Source: Eledone cirrhosa (lineage: Eukaryota). Taken from it: DNA of 64,000 nt. The stretch lies in contig OZ024740.1 of the NCBI GenBank assembly GCA_964016885.1, positions 43,400,001 to 43,464,000 of the forward strand. The letters run 5' to 3'. Made by a program: the position numbers and the translations under genes. The notes under the pieces were generated by a model. It did not search any database, was not told the DNA's origin, and was given only the letters and a program-made list of their open reading frames with translations. How positions within the stretch are numbered: position 1 is the stretch's first letter; each line of letters begins with the position of its first letter. Below are positions 27,521 to 42,017 of the stretch, in pieces.

Positions 27521-28889
27521 GTTACTGTAAATAATATCATGTTTATACAGTTTTTCTTATCATAAATAAAGTAAGAATATGTAAATTATGTAAATGGATT
27601 TTGGGGTTTCAAGAAAATGTATTAAACAAACCGGAAGTGATAAAACTCTTTTTGTCTTCGCACTTCCTTTTCTTACAAATAACATCCATGTTAGGAAATG
27701 TCTTAGAAATATATAACTCAGTAATTTGCAAATAGGTGGGGGAAATCGGCTCCCTTGGGATGGAACTTTATCTGATATATTATAAGAAGTATTCGATACG
27801 ATAAATTGGTCATAAATATATGTCACTTTTTCTTCCAGCTGATGATTGTGTATGTACTCATAACAATTGGGAACTTTAAATGCATTTTTATTTTAATATA
27901 TACATATATGACTGTATGTGACACGTGAAATATTTTGACCCCAAATTCATGCAGACGTGCCACCGCATTTTTTTGTGACAGGAGATGGGATTCAAAATTT
28001 AAATGCATAAAGCCAGAACAAATCACACAAAACACTCTATCCGACTTTTTAATGATCTCGCCCATCGCAGCTGCATGGTGCGTACTCTATCTACCACAAC
28101 ATGTATGAAATACAAAACATCGGCGATATTCGATCGCGAATTACAAAGTGCCGTTAGAAATTCTTAGGCTATTCATTGCTCTGAAAATTTTCTGTCTACA
28201 TTTCTATATATTTTAAGATTCTTTTTATACTTCGTTTTTGCTTTATATAATGTTTCATGTTAAATGGTAGTTCATTAACGTTCATTCTCCGAGAGTTGTT
28301 GTAAATATGTAAATACTGAATTTACTTTTAGCTGTTCGGTGCATTATTTCGTTCATTTTTGTGGAACACAAACAACATGGTGCTACTAGACATTAAGATA
28401 TGTTAGATACAAGACGAATTTAACACCTCAAAGTCTGGAGTTTCATACCGATAATTATTTTCATATCTGTACATATAGAATATGTTGTTTCCAGTATATT
28501 AACATGTTTCACCGTACATGTTGTCTCAGTAGCACAGTTATTTATAACACGCTACCTAGGACTCTCATTCAAATGAGTAAAATCAACAGCTCCCATTTAA
28601 ACAGCTCTTAATTAAATTGTTCAAAGTTGCTCTGAATTGATTGTTTATTATGTGGGCGGAATACGAGTAGACACCGGTAATACGACGGAAGTAAACGGGC
28701 GAAACGAGTTGAGCGGATATCAATTTCGTCCGAGAGACGAGAAATAGTTAAGTAAAAAGATAAATAGATAGAGAAAGAGGGGAGAGAGGGTATGTGTAAA
28801 TATGTGTGTAAGAGACGGAGGTTTTTTTCACCACATACCAAGAGAATTATTAATTAAATCTACACATAAACCTATCATTATTTTGATGA

Positions 28890-29005
28890 TTTCAAATCAC
28901 GCCGAGGTTAACTTTGCCTTTCATCCTTACGGGGTCGATAAAATAAAGCACCAGTAATGTACTGAGGTAATTTTTGACCTTGTGCTAAAAGTAGAAACAA
29001 TTATT
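28890..29005 (+). mobile_element. SINE family 1 copy (5'-truncated)
   Basis: Matches family consensus. Confidence 0.8.
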
Positions 29006-29323
29006 TTATTCGTACAGGCTTTGTCTTAAATATGTAGATATAGGCGAATATATTGATATGCACATTAGTTAAAGAAGTTTCTATAACTTCATAAGCAATC
29101 CAAATCTATTTCCATTTCGTGTTGTCGGAACACAAATACATCCTCTTGAAAAAATGGCGATAAGTATTCAAATCTTATTCTTGTGTTTTGGGGTTCATTC
29201 GGATGAGAGAGCACTTTCATTTAACCATATGCTCCATTTTATCGACACAAATGCACAGACACACACACACACGAAGAACACACTTGGACACACACAGAAA
29301 CATATATATATATATATATATAA

Positions 29324-29670
29324 AGTAATTATAATAAATGTGAAGACTAAAATCCAAAGAGGGCTCGATAAGGATAAATATATATCAAATATATAAAAAC
29401 CCTAGAGCAACTCACTCGATATGCAAATTAGGCTGTTCAGCCGATAATATGCATACAGAATCTAAGTACTTTTAAACGTTCAGCCGACTGACAGGAAGGT
29501 ATACAGTGCTCATGACAGCTAATAAGCTAGAAACTAGTTCATCGTTCCTTTATCAGTGTTGAACAAAAGGGCAACGATGGTTGCCGAACACTGTACGGCT
29601 AATAATTCGGGCTGTTTGTTTACAAACAAACCGAGCATTATAATAAATGTTCGGTAAACCCATACGTACA
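29324..29670. mobile_element. Chimeric head-to-head unit: family C terminus (-) fused to family D terminus (+)
   Basis: 29324-29410 is the reverse complement of ~16963-17047; 29409-29670 matches ~1390-1657, with the hammerhead core mutated to CUCAUGA; (TA)n on both sides. Confidence 0.85.
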
Positions 29671-30170
29671 TATATATATATATATGTGTGTGCATGTATG
29701 TGTATATATAATACTACTGTAGGCCAAAACCGGGGTTACCCCCCTGCAGAGTAAACACGTGGGGTAATCACTCCAACACTACTATTGCATTAGAACACGC
29801 TCGACGGCTGAGAACAAAATACCTTTTGACGAAATGGCAGCCTGGTTCGATCCTTATACCAAAAGCTTACAATGAAAGCAGGCAGTATAATTGATTTAGG
29901 TGTCACAGAAACCTCCCACTGGATTATACCATCAATCTCCAGGAGGTCCAGGTAAATTCTTTCGTTTAACCTGTTTAGCGTGCTTTCTTCTTTTATTTGG
30001 CTCCGGCTGATGGCTTCATGACCGCCGTTTTCAGTATTTTTGGCCTCTATAACGTATGTTAATTGCTCTGGTTTCCTTTTAGTCCATTGAGCGCTTGCCA
30101 CGTATCTCGAAAATTGCGTTTCGTTCTGTTTTTGACCACATCCGAAATTATCTATCTAGCTATATATATA

Positions 30171-30307
30171 TAACGGAGGAAATGTGGTAAGGAACCAGGT
30201 GGACCATAACGCACCAAAGTACTCAATACTTAGGGTAGTAGAGTGGGTAATAGGAACGAGTAGGACCCCGAAACGGCTTGAGCTCAGCCGTCAGCGTCCT
30301 ACTCGTT

Positions 30308-30311
<4 letters not shown>
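30171..30311. mobile_element. PLE family A pLTR mini fold-back between (TA)n tracts
   Basis: Matches 42012-42100; internal inverted repeat taggaacgagtaggac / gtcctactcgttccta. Confidence 0.8.
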
Positions 30312-30359
<48 letters not shown>

Positions 30360-30362
30360 TTT

Positions 30363-30540
30363 GAAGGCGCATGGCTTATTGGGTAGAGCATTGGGCTTGC
30401 AATCGGGAAGTAGTGAGATGGATTCTCAGACCGGGTGGTGCGTTATGTCCTTGACACTTTATTTCAGGTTTCTTCAGCTGTAGAAATGAATTGCGACGAG
30501 ACAGGTGACAAGCTGTATCGGCTATTGCCTTTCTCTTGGA
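30363..30540 (+). mobile_element. tRNA-derived SINE family 2 copy (diverged)
   Basis: gaaggcgcatggct...tgcgttatgtccttg..acactttatttca, similar to 62302-62420. Confidence 0.6.
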
Positions 30541-30549
30541 GTGGAGAGG

Positions 30550-30971
30550 ATGGAAACCATCACTAAGTCCAACCCATACGCAAGGGGCATTCCGTCATGT
30601 GGACTATGTATTGATGAACGGATAAATATTCAAAAGAGATTACGCAATAGCGATTGCCTAAACTCAAGATTTGAATTCTTCACACGTTGTCCACATATCT
30701 GGAAACACCTCTTACATAACTACCAAGCTCCGGATTAAATAACAACAACATCCTAATGTTCTTATCAATTTGAAACTTTTGGACTTTCGAAGTTAGCTCC
30801 CTTATACTTCTCGCTCGCAGTTTTCTATTGCCTGTGTGAAGTGACCGTTCCTGCGCCTGCACGTGTATACGGTTGTCCTTCCTGTTCCGTATAACTATGT
30901 CCATTACGAGCTGAAAATCCGCTAAGGTGAAACAATTGTTCTCGGTATGGTGAACTAACTGTTGTGTTACC

Positions 30972-30975
<4 letters not shown>
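30550..30975 (+). mobile_element. PLE 3' fragment: GIY-YIG C-terminus plus tail
   Basis: PY.RG..SCGLCIDER..I...LNSRFEFF..CPH; hammerhead at 30907. Confidence 0.8.
30907..30944 (+). ncRNA. Type I hammerhead with G8-to-A core change
   Basis: cgag-CUGAAAA-ucc gcuaa ggu-GAAA-caauug-UU-cucg; palindromic stem III. Confidence 0.65.
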
Positions 30976-31038
<63 letters not shown>

Positions 31039-31200
31039 ATATATGTATATATATATATATTCAATTTATGATTATATGTCACTACTAAACGTTACTAGGA
31101 AACATAAATTTGGACAGCAATCATTTTAGAAAACTTAACTGATAAAATGAATCGTTGCCCAAACGCACACATTTAATACACACATAAGTGTATATAATTT

Positions 31201-31277
<77 letters not shown>

Positions 31278-31449
31278 GTCTGTGTTTGCCTGTGTATGTG
31301 TGTGTCTGTGTACTTCTATATATATGTAGGTATACATTATCAGTAAATCTGTTCTTCCTAAAAGCCGGAGAATTTATTATGGCCATGACTAAGGTAATTT
31401 ATAAAATACACATTGCACCAACACCATATCTACACCCACACACACACAC

Positions 31450-32064
<615 letters not shown>

Positions 32065-32534
32065 TTCTATCCATAAATATATCAAATGAGAGCACGCACA
32101 TGTGCGTGTATTAAGGATTTTAGCAAGTCCATATTTTGTGTCAAAATTGATTCATTCTTTAAGTGGCTTGATTATGTTTCTGCTAAGTATCTGAATCAGA
32201 TAAGCTACGTTATATATGGATAGTTAGGGGAACTAGAAAGTCTTTTTAAGGCTAGAAATATTTAACTGTTTAGACTATTATTAAGTTTATGTCCAAATTT
32301 TGCAAGGAAACACGCTTAAAGTTTATAGATTATCAATAATCGATCGCCAGTTGATAATTGAATTGAAGTGCTGTGGGAGTATGTGCCATCCTTTTTCTTT
32401 AAATCAAGATGTTAGTTGTATTCAAACACTTTCACTTGAATTAATATTTGCAATAAAATTTAAATAATGAAATAATGGGACTGTGCATGGAAGAGCAGAC
32501 GCTACAATCAATCTTAGCGGTATCTCTCAGCTGC

Positions 32535-32730
32535 GCCCTGAGAAAAAGATGGCGAAAGCATTGTCAAGTTGAACAGTCATCGACACCCACTGTATAAGCC
32601 AGGCTATCTCGCAGGGCTCGCTACTTAGGAGGCATGCACTCCTCTCAATTTTGCGCAGGAAAACGCCAGTTCAGGGAGCGAGGAACAATAGATCTCGACG
32701 GTGGCCGGTACAAAAAAGAAGTGGTCGTTC
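32535..32730 (-). mobile_element. Degenerate CRE-like RLE fragment
   Basis: DHFFFVPATVE...EPCEIAWLIQWVSMTVQLDNAFAI. Confidence 0.55.
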
Positions 32731-33770
32731 AAATAACAAACTTAGGAATATAACCTGTATACTTTGCATTCACATAGTACTGTGAGATCTCTAGATATTT
32801 TCCGTCACATTTCTTTTGCTTCACACTCACAATTCCAGTTTAGACCTCATATTATAATAGAGGTTATTATCATCTAATATTTCAAAATATTGACAATAAA
32901 ATAGATTAATGTATTAGGAATGTTTTTATTCATAATAACATCATCATCAGCATTTCCAGGATCTCTGAGTAGCTCCTATTTAAGGAACATCTCTGCCCCA
33001 TTTCAAATATATTGTTTAACATTCAGCAACTAAATCCAAATGTTTACATACAAACAGATGTTCGAATGAAAACAATTGATTCTCAAATGTCAGCTAAAGA
33101 GAAACAGAAGCGAAGTCAAATCTCTTTTAAACCACATTAAACTTCTTCATAAAGGCAGGATATGTCAGGTTATGAACGTAATAAATGTATCACTTTTAAC
33201 AATACGTCTAGTGAATCAGGGATAACTCAGGTCTAAACGTTCCAAAACTACGGGGCAATTGCCTATTTCACGGTACACTCGATAGTTATAGGAACAAGCA
33301 CAATGACCTGATGCATCTATATTTGTATAAGTATCTTTAATAGTAGTAATTTGTTCAAGAATTAATATCTTGGTAAGACTTGGTTAGACTCACGGCGCTG
33401 AGAGGCTGTCAAGCTATGAATTGTAAACTTCAATCGGTAATATGATACTCTATCCTCTTGATATGTGGAGGGTTTCTTAAATAAATATTTAGATTGAAAT
33501 ATATATAAATGAAGAAGCCTGGGGAGTTTACATGCTGAAACTGCACGAATTCTACTTCATTAATTTACCCACTCTGCATTTTATCATACATAAATTACTA
33601 CTATGTTTTGTTATCATCCCGGTCTTCGCATCGCGAACTTTCGTTATATATATATATATACGAATATATTGGAAGCTCAAGCGCCGAGAATAATTGAAAT
33701 TACAGTCAGTTGTTATAAAATAGCTTATAAGAATCGAGTAAAGACACTTAGAGACTACAAAATATTGATA

Positions 33771-33846
33771 GTGGCCGCGACGAAGAATCGAACTCCGTAT
33801 CTTCCAGATAGTGGTTACGTGCTCTTACCATTGAGCTAAGGGACCC
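33771..33846 (-). pseudogene. tRNA-like sequence (pseudogene or SINE head)
   Basis: A box tagctcaatggtaagagc and B box gagttcgattc at tRNA spacing; acceptor and anticodon stems imperfect. Confidence 0.55.
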
Positions 33847-34299
33847 CTGACAACTTCTTTCTGTCTAAATTAAGGGGATAAATCAAACGGCGATTAAAAA
33901 TGTAAACAAACGTCATGCGCGGAGATCGAATTTTCGAAATAAAATGTAGGAAGATCAGGCGCAGAAAATAACTGCAATTACCGGATTTTTATAAGATGCT
34001 ATATAGCAACGGATTGTGTTCTTATGTTATTTCACTTTGGTCCTTCAGTCAAGATTTGAAACCGGTAAGCAGATAGAGTTAGCAATAGAACCATTGTGTC
34101 CTTGGGCTGATCTAACGACCTTTTTTTAATTTTTTTTTTCTAAACGAAATATTAATTCCGATAAGGAACCGAAATTAACTAGCAAAGCTATACGCATATA
34201 TTGAAAACAGTATCACTGACTAACTAAGAAATCCAGAAAAACTGTCAAGTGTAATAAGATTAAGAGAGAGAACGGAACATCTGTCTACATAGTGTAGTC

Positions 34300-34362
34300 A
34301 TGTGCGGACAGAATGGAGAAGGCGTTTCCCAGGAGGATGGTAAGTGGGATGCGCTGGAAAAT
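34300..34362 (-). mobile_element. Tiny CRE-like 3' fragment
   Basis: QRIPLTILLGNAFSILSA matches the end of the 12940-13470 element. Confidence 0.65.
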
Positions 34363-34611
34363 GAGTAATGTCATCGCTCTCTGTAATTTACTTAGTTTGC
34401 TGTTCCCATCACAAGGTTCAGTAAAATTAAATCTGTCGCTGGAATAAATCGAAACATTCATCGCCAATTCTAAAGTTAATATCAGGTGTTTTATGGTAAT
34501 CTCCTAGTTAGTTGAAGACTCAAGCTGGTTTCTATTCACATGCAAGAGTCTATGGTAGCCTGACTGAAGACATTCACTGGCACTCCGTTCACTACGTCGA
34601 CGAGTGTTCCA

Positions 34612-34925
34612 GTTGATTAACTAGTAGGCAACGAAAGATCCTTTCTTATATATTAGTTAAGTAGTAGGTAACGAAAGATTCTCACTCAAATATTTGTTAA
34701 CTTGTAGATAACAACAGAGTCACTCTCATACATTAATTAAATAGTAAGTAAGGAAAGAATCTCTCAGTTATTACTGAAATATTAATTAAAGATCCAATAA
34801 CACTCACATATATTAGTTAACAATTAGGTAACGATAGTCTTTCCCAGACATTATTTAACTATTAATTAACGATAGAGATTCTCCCAGATATTAGTTAATT
34901 AACAAGTAACGAGAGATTCACACTG
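34612..34925. repeat. Degenerate ~38 bp minisatellite
   Basis: About eight variants of attagttaactagtaggtaacgaaagattctcactcaaat. Confidence 0.7.
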
Positions 34926-36745
34926 TATTCCCTTGTTGTGCTAGAAATAGCAGTAAAATGTACCTTAAACCATATCCTACAGGAATGCTATAATGAAGAA
35001 TTTAATTTTGGCTACCCGAAATAAGAGAAATTGTCACAACTGAGATTTTGTTCATCGTAAGTTTAGAGGGTCATTATGGTTTTAAACAACAACACTGCAA
35101 GTTGCGATAACAAAAGAATTAAGAAATTTATTTAAGAATTCACCAAACACCAGACACCAGACATATAATTGAACTAATAATTACAAGCAAATATCTCTGA
35201 CTTTGCTATAAAACAAGTTTCAATTAATACACTCTGGAAGATCAAATAGTTTTAACGACATAGATTTAATTCTTCGGGTTACCCGAGTTTCGTGGCTTTT
35301 AACTAGGTGGGAACCACAATTCTTTGTGGTAGTCGTAACTTCTTTTAGAGGAAATCTAAAAATATATTTTAATATAGAATGACTAAGAAATGTTCTACAC
35401 GCGTGATGTTTTCTATTAACTTTGGTGTTCGCCGAGTTGAAGAGGTTTAATGTGTTGTTACGGTCTTGGTAAATGGAATTTCTTTTAGAACACAGTAATT
35501 AGATTTACGTAGAACGTAGTTAAGCTGTTCAATGCCTCTTACTGCTATAAACAGCAATTTACTGAAATAACTCAACTTGAAGTAATACTGAGACTCGACA
35601 GTCAAGACGCTTTCAGAATATAGCATGAGAAATTGAAAAAAAACAAAAAACAAACAAAAGAAAAAAAACACACACACACATATACTAGTCTTCTGTTCGT
35701 ATGTGGAGTGCACATCAAAAGGAAGTGGACGATTTATCAAAGATTGACCCATCAGACTGAGTGCGTGTATTACTATTTTATATTTTGACATTGATTGAAT
35801 GAAACATGTAATGCAGCTCCGTTGCAATGAATCCTTTATATTCTGACAGTAAAAATCCTCAGGTATGGTAACGTCTAATTATGGGAGGCCGAGAGAGTAC
35901 TTAATAGAATCTATTTGCCAGCAATGATGAACACGCAAACGTAGACATTAAAATGTTTTGGTATAGTGACCTTCCATTATATGATAACTGGCTAGAAATA
36001 TGACTTTATAGGTATGTAGTAGACGTTTGATCAATTTCCGACTCAGGTGCCATTATTGGTTGATTTATATTTTCTCATTCACTTCTTGTATTTGTTATGT
36101 GACGTCCGAACTTTTAAGATGAATCTGATTCAAATCACGCGATTCTCTTTGACATGTTGCATGAATATGAAAAGTAAGGTAACCTCAAAGATTTCATCTA
36201 CCTTCCATGATATAGCACGCTTCAGCGTTAATATTGTTTCTAGCAGACATTCTGTAAGTTCTCTTGCGTCACACATTCCCGTGTTTTTTTTCTAGCACCT
36301 AGGAAACCGACACATCCATGATCTGGAGGCGAATTGTGTCTATAAGCAAGACACTATTATCATGTTTCAGTCTATTCAGTCTATTCAGCTGGCAAAACTG
36401 AGTCGTATCTATAATTCAATTGGCCAGTTTTGACAGATATAGTATCCCACTGAATCTCCCTCAGAATTACGTAAAGGGTGTAGTGTTTGTGGTAAGCGCA
36501 GCCATTTGCACGATTATTTCGCGAGTAGATTGTTCCGTTCATTGACTCAACTGGAGCAGTAAACTTTCGGAAACGATGTTAGTCAATACACACACACACA
36601 TGCATACACATACACGCACACACACACACACATATATATATATATAAGGGATGTAACGTCTAGTTACTGTAGGTTCACTACAGTGAGCACCCGTTGCGTA
36701 GTTTCCAGTCGGTATAGAGGTGTAGAACTAAGCAGAGTGTCATTA

Positions 36746-36936
36746 TAATTGTTTCTACTTTTGGCACAACGCCAGCAATTATCTCAGTGTATTACTGGTA
36801 CTTTATTTTATCGACCCAGTAAGGATGAAAGCCAAAGTTAACCTCGGCGGGATTTGAACTCAGACAAAAAAAAGGCCATAACTCTTTGCTGCATAGCATG
36901 GCGCCCGACCCTCTACCAATACTGCCAATCCACCGT
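36746..36936 (-). mobile_element. SINE family 1 copy
   Basis: Reverse complement of the consensus. Confidence 0.9.
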
Positions 36937-37509
36937 CATTGTATTTACAACGATAATTACGCAGAGTGTAATTATAATGATAATAAAAAGAACGATTTGT
37001 TATGTCCTTATTACGTTTATTGAGTAGTGACGCACGTTTCGCTATTGTTCAGCACAAGATTCGAACTGTATTAATCTAGCCCGACTATGGAATCAGAAGC
37101 TCGTTGGACCTCTGCTGTGGTAATGACAAAATGAACCTGTAGGGCGTAGAAAGGTCTATAATGATTCACATTCATTTATAGTGGCCAGCTAATGTGTGTT
37201 TTGATTTGTGGTTTTGCTATAAAGAATATTTTGGTGTCTATGATAGGTGGTGTGAAGGATTATAATCCTTCGTTATAATCATTCCCTCATATGTATGTAT
37301 GTTCTTTTGGTTTTATAATTTCACAAATGTTTACCAATAGAGAGAGAGTCGGTTTCTAACATAGACACAATACTCTCTAATTGGAATTTACACATCAACT
37401 GGGCATGCATGTGTAGATATGGATGTTATTGTATGTGTGGTAGTGTATGTTTTGAGTTGTATGTGTGCATGTGTATATGCTTTGCATCTGTACATGTGTA
37501 TATGCAGTT

Positions 37510-39395
37510 ATTAGATGCAACATTTTTGAATGTTTTACATAATTTTACTGTTCCATTAATGGATTGTACTTGTAATTTCCTAAATAGTTGTTTTCTTTCT
37601 GTTCCTGTAAAGCCTAGCTTCTCAAGATTTGTATTGAGGCAGTTACTAACATACCCCAGTTCCACAATAATCACAGGCATAAATCTGAAGGTGTAATCAG
37701 GGTGGAGTATCTGCAGATTTCTCATCAGTTCTGCACAAATATTCTCCTTTTCACTAATCATTGATAGTATATTGGCATCTGCTGGGCAGCTAATTTCCAC
37801 TACTGTGCATGCTTTCTTCTCCCTGTCCCATATCACAATATCTGGTCTGTTATGCCTGCATTTTATTAGGGTTTTTACTGGAACATTCCACCAGTACTCT
37901 TTCATATTATGTACATGGATGTCTTCCACATTGCTGTAGCTTTTAATGTGTATATTATCGGAGCTATCCTTTTTACGCATTGCATTGTACAGAGTTTTGG
38001 CCACTAAATCATGCCTCATAGGTAGATAGAGCCGCGGTGACATCTTTGGACAGCTGCTGATGACATGGGTGATATCCTCGATGTTAGTTCTGCAGAGTCT
38101 GCACTTGTTATAACATCTAGGTGTTTTGCCTGCATCCCTATCTCTTTTGTGAATCAGGTATTTCGTGTTAATCTCCTGTTCTTGGATTGTTGGTCCAAGA
38201 TAGACTACTTTCCTTATCTATATTACTCTCACTCTGGAGCTTCCTGGCAACATATCCATGCATGATTTTTTGCTGATAAGCATGCAGTTTCTCATTCATG
38301 GATTCACTGCGATACTGCTGAGCGACATCCCTGGGTGTGAGTTTTTGATTATCAAACAGGGAATATCTCTCGAGGAGTTCCTTCCCAACTCTCATGATCT
38401 TATCTGTTTCATGCAGATAGACTTGCTCGAGAAACGGGCTCCTACGTTTCGAGGTTCGTAGATGTTTTCCGAGAGATATGATGCGACATTCAAATGTTGT
38501 CTGGACTGATGTTAGGCCTCTGCCTCCCTGCTTACGTTTCAAGTAAAGGCGGTCTATGTCACTGTTGATGTGGAAGTTTCCGGTGTTGTTCAGTATTTTT
38601 CGAGTTCCAACAACAACTGCTCGGATTTCGTCTATCGTCCAATTGAGTATTCCAAACGTTGGTGTTAGGACAGGCACAGCAAACACATTGTGAGCCACTG
38701 TTTTGTTTTGCGCAGAGAGTTCCGATGACCAGATCTTTCTTAATCGGGTGTAGTATTCCCTGGTTACGCGTTCTTTATTACAGATACCATTATAGGATAT
38801 GTTCTCATCTATCCCCAGGTATCTGTAACAATCCTCATCAGATATCGGTGAAACAGTTAGGCCATTGATGACAATGTTGCTAGATTGGGTTGTTGTTTTT
38901 CCCCGCTTTACAGTCATGTATGAGCATTTATCTTGGCCAAAATCCATTCCTATATCCTTTGAGAACGTTGTAACCAGGTCAATATTTTTCTTCACCCCAT
39001 CCATGTTCTTGGCATAGAGTTTCAGATCGTCCACAAAGAAATTATGGGTTAGGTTCGTATTTCTGTCCTCCTGTGAGCCAATGATGTATCCCTCACATTT
39101 CTTGAGCAGAAAGGACAAGGGGTTTAATGACAAGATGAATAATATCACAGAGAGACTGTCCCCCTGAATTATACCTGCAATATTTTATTTTTTCAGAGAA
39201 AATAGAGTCCTCCTTCTCTGTCTTTAACCTTAGGATAGTAGCCCAAGAAGAAGACAGCCTCTCTATGGCTCTGACAATAATGTCTGGGGCTTTAGCAAAT
39301 TGGAGGGCCTCTATCATCCAAGAGTGGGGAACAGAATCGAAAGCTTTCCTGTATTCCAGCCAGACTGTATCCATATTTCTCCTAAGTTGTCGCAC
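37510..39395 (-). mobile_element. R4/Dong-like LINE, 5'-truncated: RT, zinc knuckle and RLE
   Basis: Y.KAFDSVPHSW, LFILSLNPLS, FFVDDLKLYA, YRYLG, RLYLKRKQGGRGL, RHDLVAK, HNRPDIVIWD..VEISCP; frameshifts between ORFs 39093-39395, 38168-39148 and 37426-38043. Confidence 0.92.
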
Positions 39396-39399
39396 CTCC

Positions 39400-39526
39400 T
39401 ATGTATGTATGTATGTATGTATGTATGTATGTATGTATGTATGTATGTATGTATGTATGTATGTATGTATGTATGTATGTATGTATTATGTATGTATGTA
39501 TGTATGTATGTATGTATGTATGTATG
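39400..39526. repeat. (ATGT)n microsatellite
   Basis: Directly visible. Confidence 0.95.
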
Positions 39527-39529
39527 CAT

Positions 39530-39725
39530 GTCAGGTCGCTTTCGAGCGCTACTGATAACCTGTAACCCAGTACAACCTGTCACATGGTCGGGTCGTCGGC
39601 GACTAAACCGGCAACCACAACCAGTTTCTCTGGTGAGGAGGGTGATATTTGGACACCCTCTGGGATGAAATACGAGACTCGGCGAAGGGAGGAGGAACTC
39701 AGCCGAGTGAACAGCCACCCAAATA
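39530..39725 (+). repeat. Interspersed repeat shared with 41346-41540, possibly a LINE 5' UTR
   Basis: cccagtacaacctgtc.catggtcgggtcgt.ggcgactaaac.ggcaacc...ggtgaggagggtga in both copies. Confidence 0.6.
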
Positions 39726-41345
39726 GTACTTACTTTTTTTTTTTATACCTGGGAGTGAAAGGACCCCAGTTGTTGTCACATCACCTTTCTAAGAAAGGGA
39801 AACTCTGGAAAAAAAACCTGCGACTTCGGAAGCATTCGGAGATGTTGACCAGTTCTCCTTTTCGGGTAGTCTTTTCGATGCTCAGAGAGTGATAGTGGTC
39901 GAGTGCAAGGCGTTTCCCCACTTAAAAAAACCTTCAAAGCACAGGCATTACTTGTTAAGGATATGTTACAGGTTTGTGTGACTGACGTAGCCTAAAAGTG
40001 CACCAAACTCTATAATCCTCTAAGCAATCATGTATGTATGTACGTATGTATGTATATGTGTATGTATGTATGTAGGTACCCGTAACGTCTGGCTGACACG
40101 TAGGGTCGTCATATTGGTATGCTACGTATCCTGGGCACTTTAAACATGGTGTAGCCAATCGGCTCACTAAGTTTGAACTTAGCAGATTTATGCTAGAAGG
40201 ATAAAAAGTGAGTGATAGAGAGTGAGAAAGAGATAATGGGGAAGGATTGACCCTGCTATTAGACTGCTACATTTTTTATCGATCTTGGGATGATGAAGGC
40301 AAAACTGAACTCGGTAGGATTTGAACACAGTAGAGTATGTTATCCGACGTTCTAACAACTCTGCCTATTCTTGGTAATACATTTTTAATGTAAACACAAA
40401 CCTAGCAAATTAGGGGAAAAGCAAAGTTGACAGCTACATTATTTTATCGACCCCGGAATGATGAAAGGTGAAGTTGACCGGTGAGGGATTTGGACCCGAG
40501 CAAATACATCAATGTCAATATATCCGACACTCAACCAATTTTGACTATCCACCACATTTTCCCATACTTAATAGACTTTTACCTATTTGAACTCCCTTTC
40601 TCTCTTAACCTCCCAGCTTGCTAATACCCTAACGTTACTCTCAATGGTCACACTGTACAAAATTGCTCTCCTTTTTCATATCCTTTAAGACTTTTTAAAT
40701 GTTGCTATGCTTCATTTATTATTATCATATTGGTAATTACTATAATACATTCTTGTTAATAGCTTAATAATATATCATTATATGTCCCTATAACCATACA
40801 TAGCCTGAACTTTGTAATTATTATCTTAAATAATTTACTTCAACCTGTAATTTCGGTATCTACTCAAACATTCCTCCAAATTTCGCTATCCATCATGTCA
40901 CCTAAAAATCACAGCTTTCATCTATAAATCATTGGCCGCAGTAATTCCACCGCCAGCTTTCCCACAACATTTAATTCCAGCTGTGCCTTTTGTAAGTTAT
41001 CTCCCTTTCTTCTCCTTCTCCTGCTCTACAAATTATACTATGATTCTCTACTATTCATTCTTTTTATCTTCCTTCCTTCACCTTCTCTCTGTTTTTTCTT
41101 CTTTTTATTTCTAACCTATTTCTTCAAGCCTATCGCTTTGGTTCCGTCGCCAACTTTGAGAAATCATGAAGGATGGAAACTAATTCATAAAGCAAACACA
41201 GAGACATATTCACACAAACACACACACTTACACACTATATGTAAATGTATATGAATATTTAAGTTCACTATCTTTTTATACTGTTTATCTATATGAATCT
41301 AATTATTATATATATATACATATATGTATGTATATATATATATAT

Positions 41346-41880
41346 GTCAGGTCACCAGTTGGTGCTACCGGTAGCATGTATCCCAGTACAACCTGTCTCA
41401 TGGTCGGGTCGTTGGCGACTAAACTGGCAACCCCACCAAGGTTTCTTGGTGAGGAGGGTGACTTTGGACATCCTGCAGGACTAAAAACAAAACCTGTCAA
41501 AGGGCAAAGGAGCTCTTAAGAGTCAATGGCCATCCAAAATCACCGGGAGAGATGACCTCTTAGCCTTTGTCAAGGCAGAATTCTAGGAGAAGAAAAACTC
41601 TGATATAACACCTGCAACCCTGATGGTATCCAATGATGTTGACTTGTTGTTCTTTTTGGTAAATATCATCTTGGTTAAGAGAGTAGGACTGGCTTTGTGC
41701 AGTGCCTTTGCTCACTATAAAAGCTTCACAGCACAGGCATTGCTTTATATCTGGCGATCTCTCTGCACTTGTCGCTACATGGTACCATGGGCCCAGCACT
41801 ATGTGTCAATAATTGTCACAAGTGTAGTGTTTGTACCAGAGTTTTCAAGTCGCTGGCTGGACTAAAAAGTCACACTCGTT
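41346..41880 (+). repeat. Second copy of the 39530 repeat family
   Basis: See 39530-39725. Confidence 0.6.
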
Positions 41881-41951
41881 CAGCGCATCGGTAGGGGTTC
41901 TCCTACATGGATATAAAGTAGTGGCCGTACTCTAAAACGAGTTGACAGCCA

Positions 41952-42011
<60 letters not shown>

Positions 42012-42017
<6 letters not shown>

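Noticed and set aside
29790-30101. 103 aa minus-strand ORF
   Set aside because: Non-ATG start and no motif I recognise
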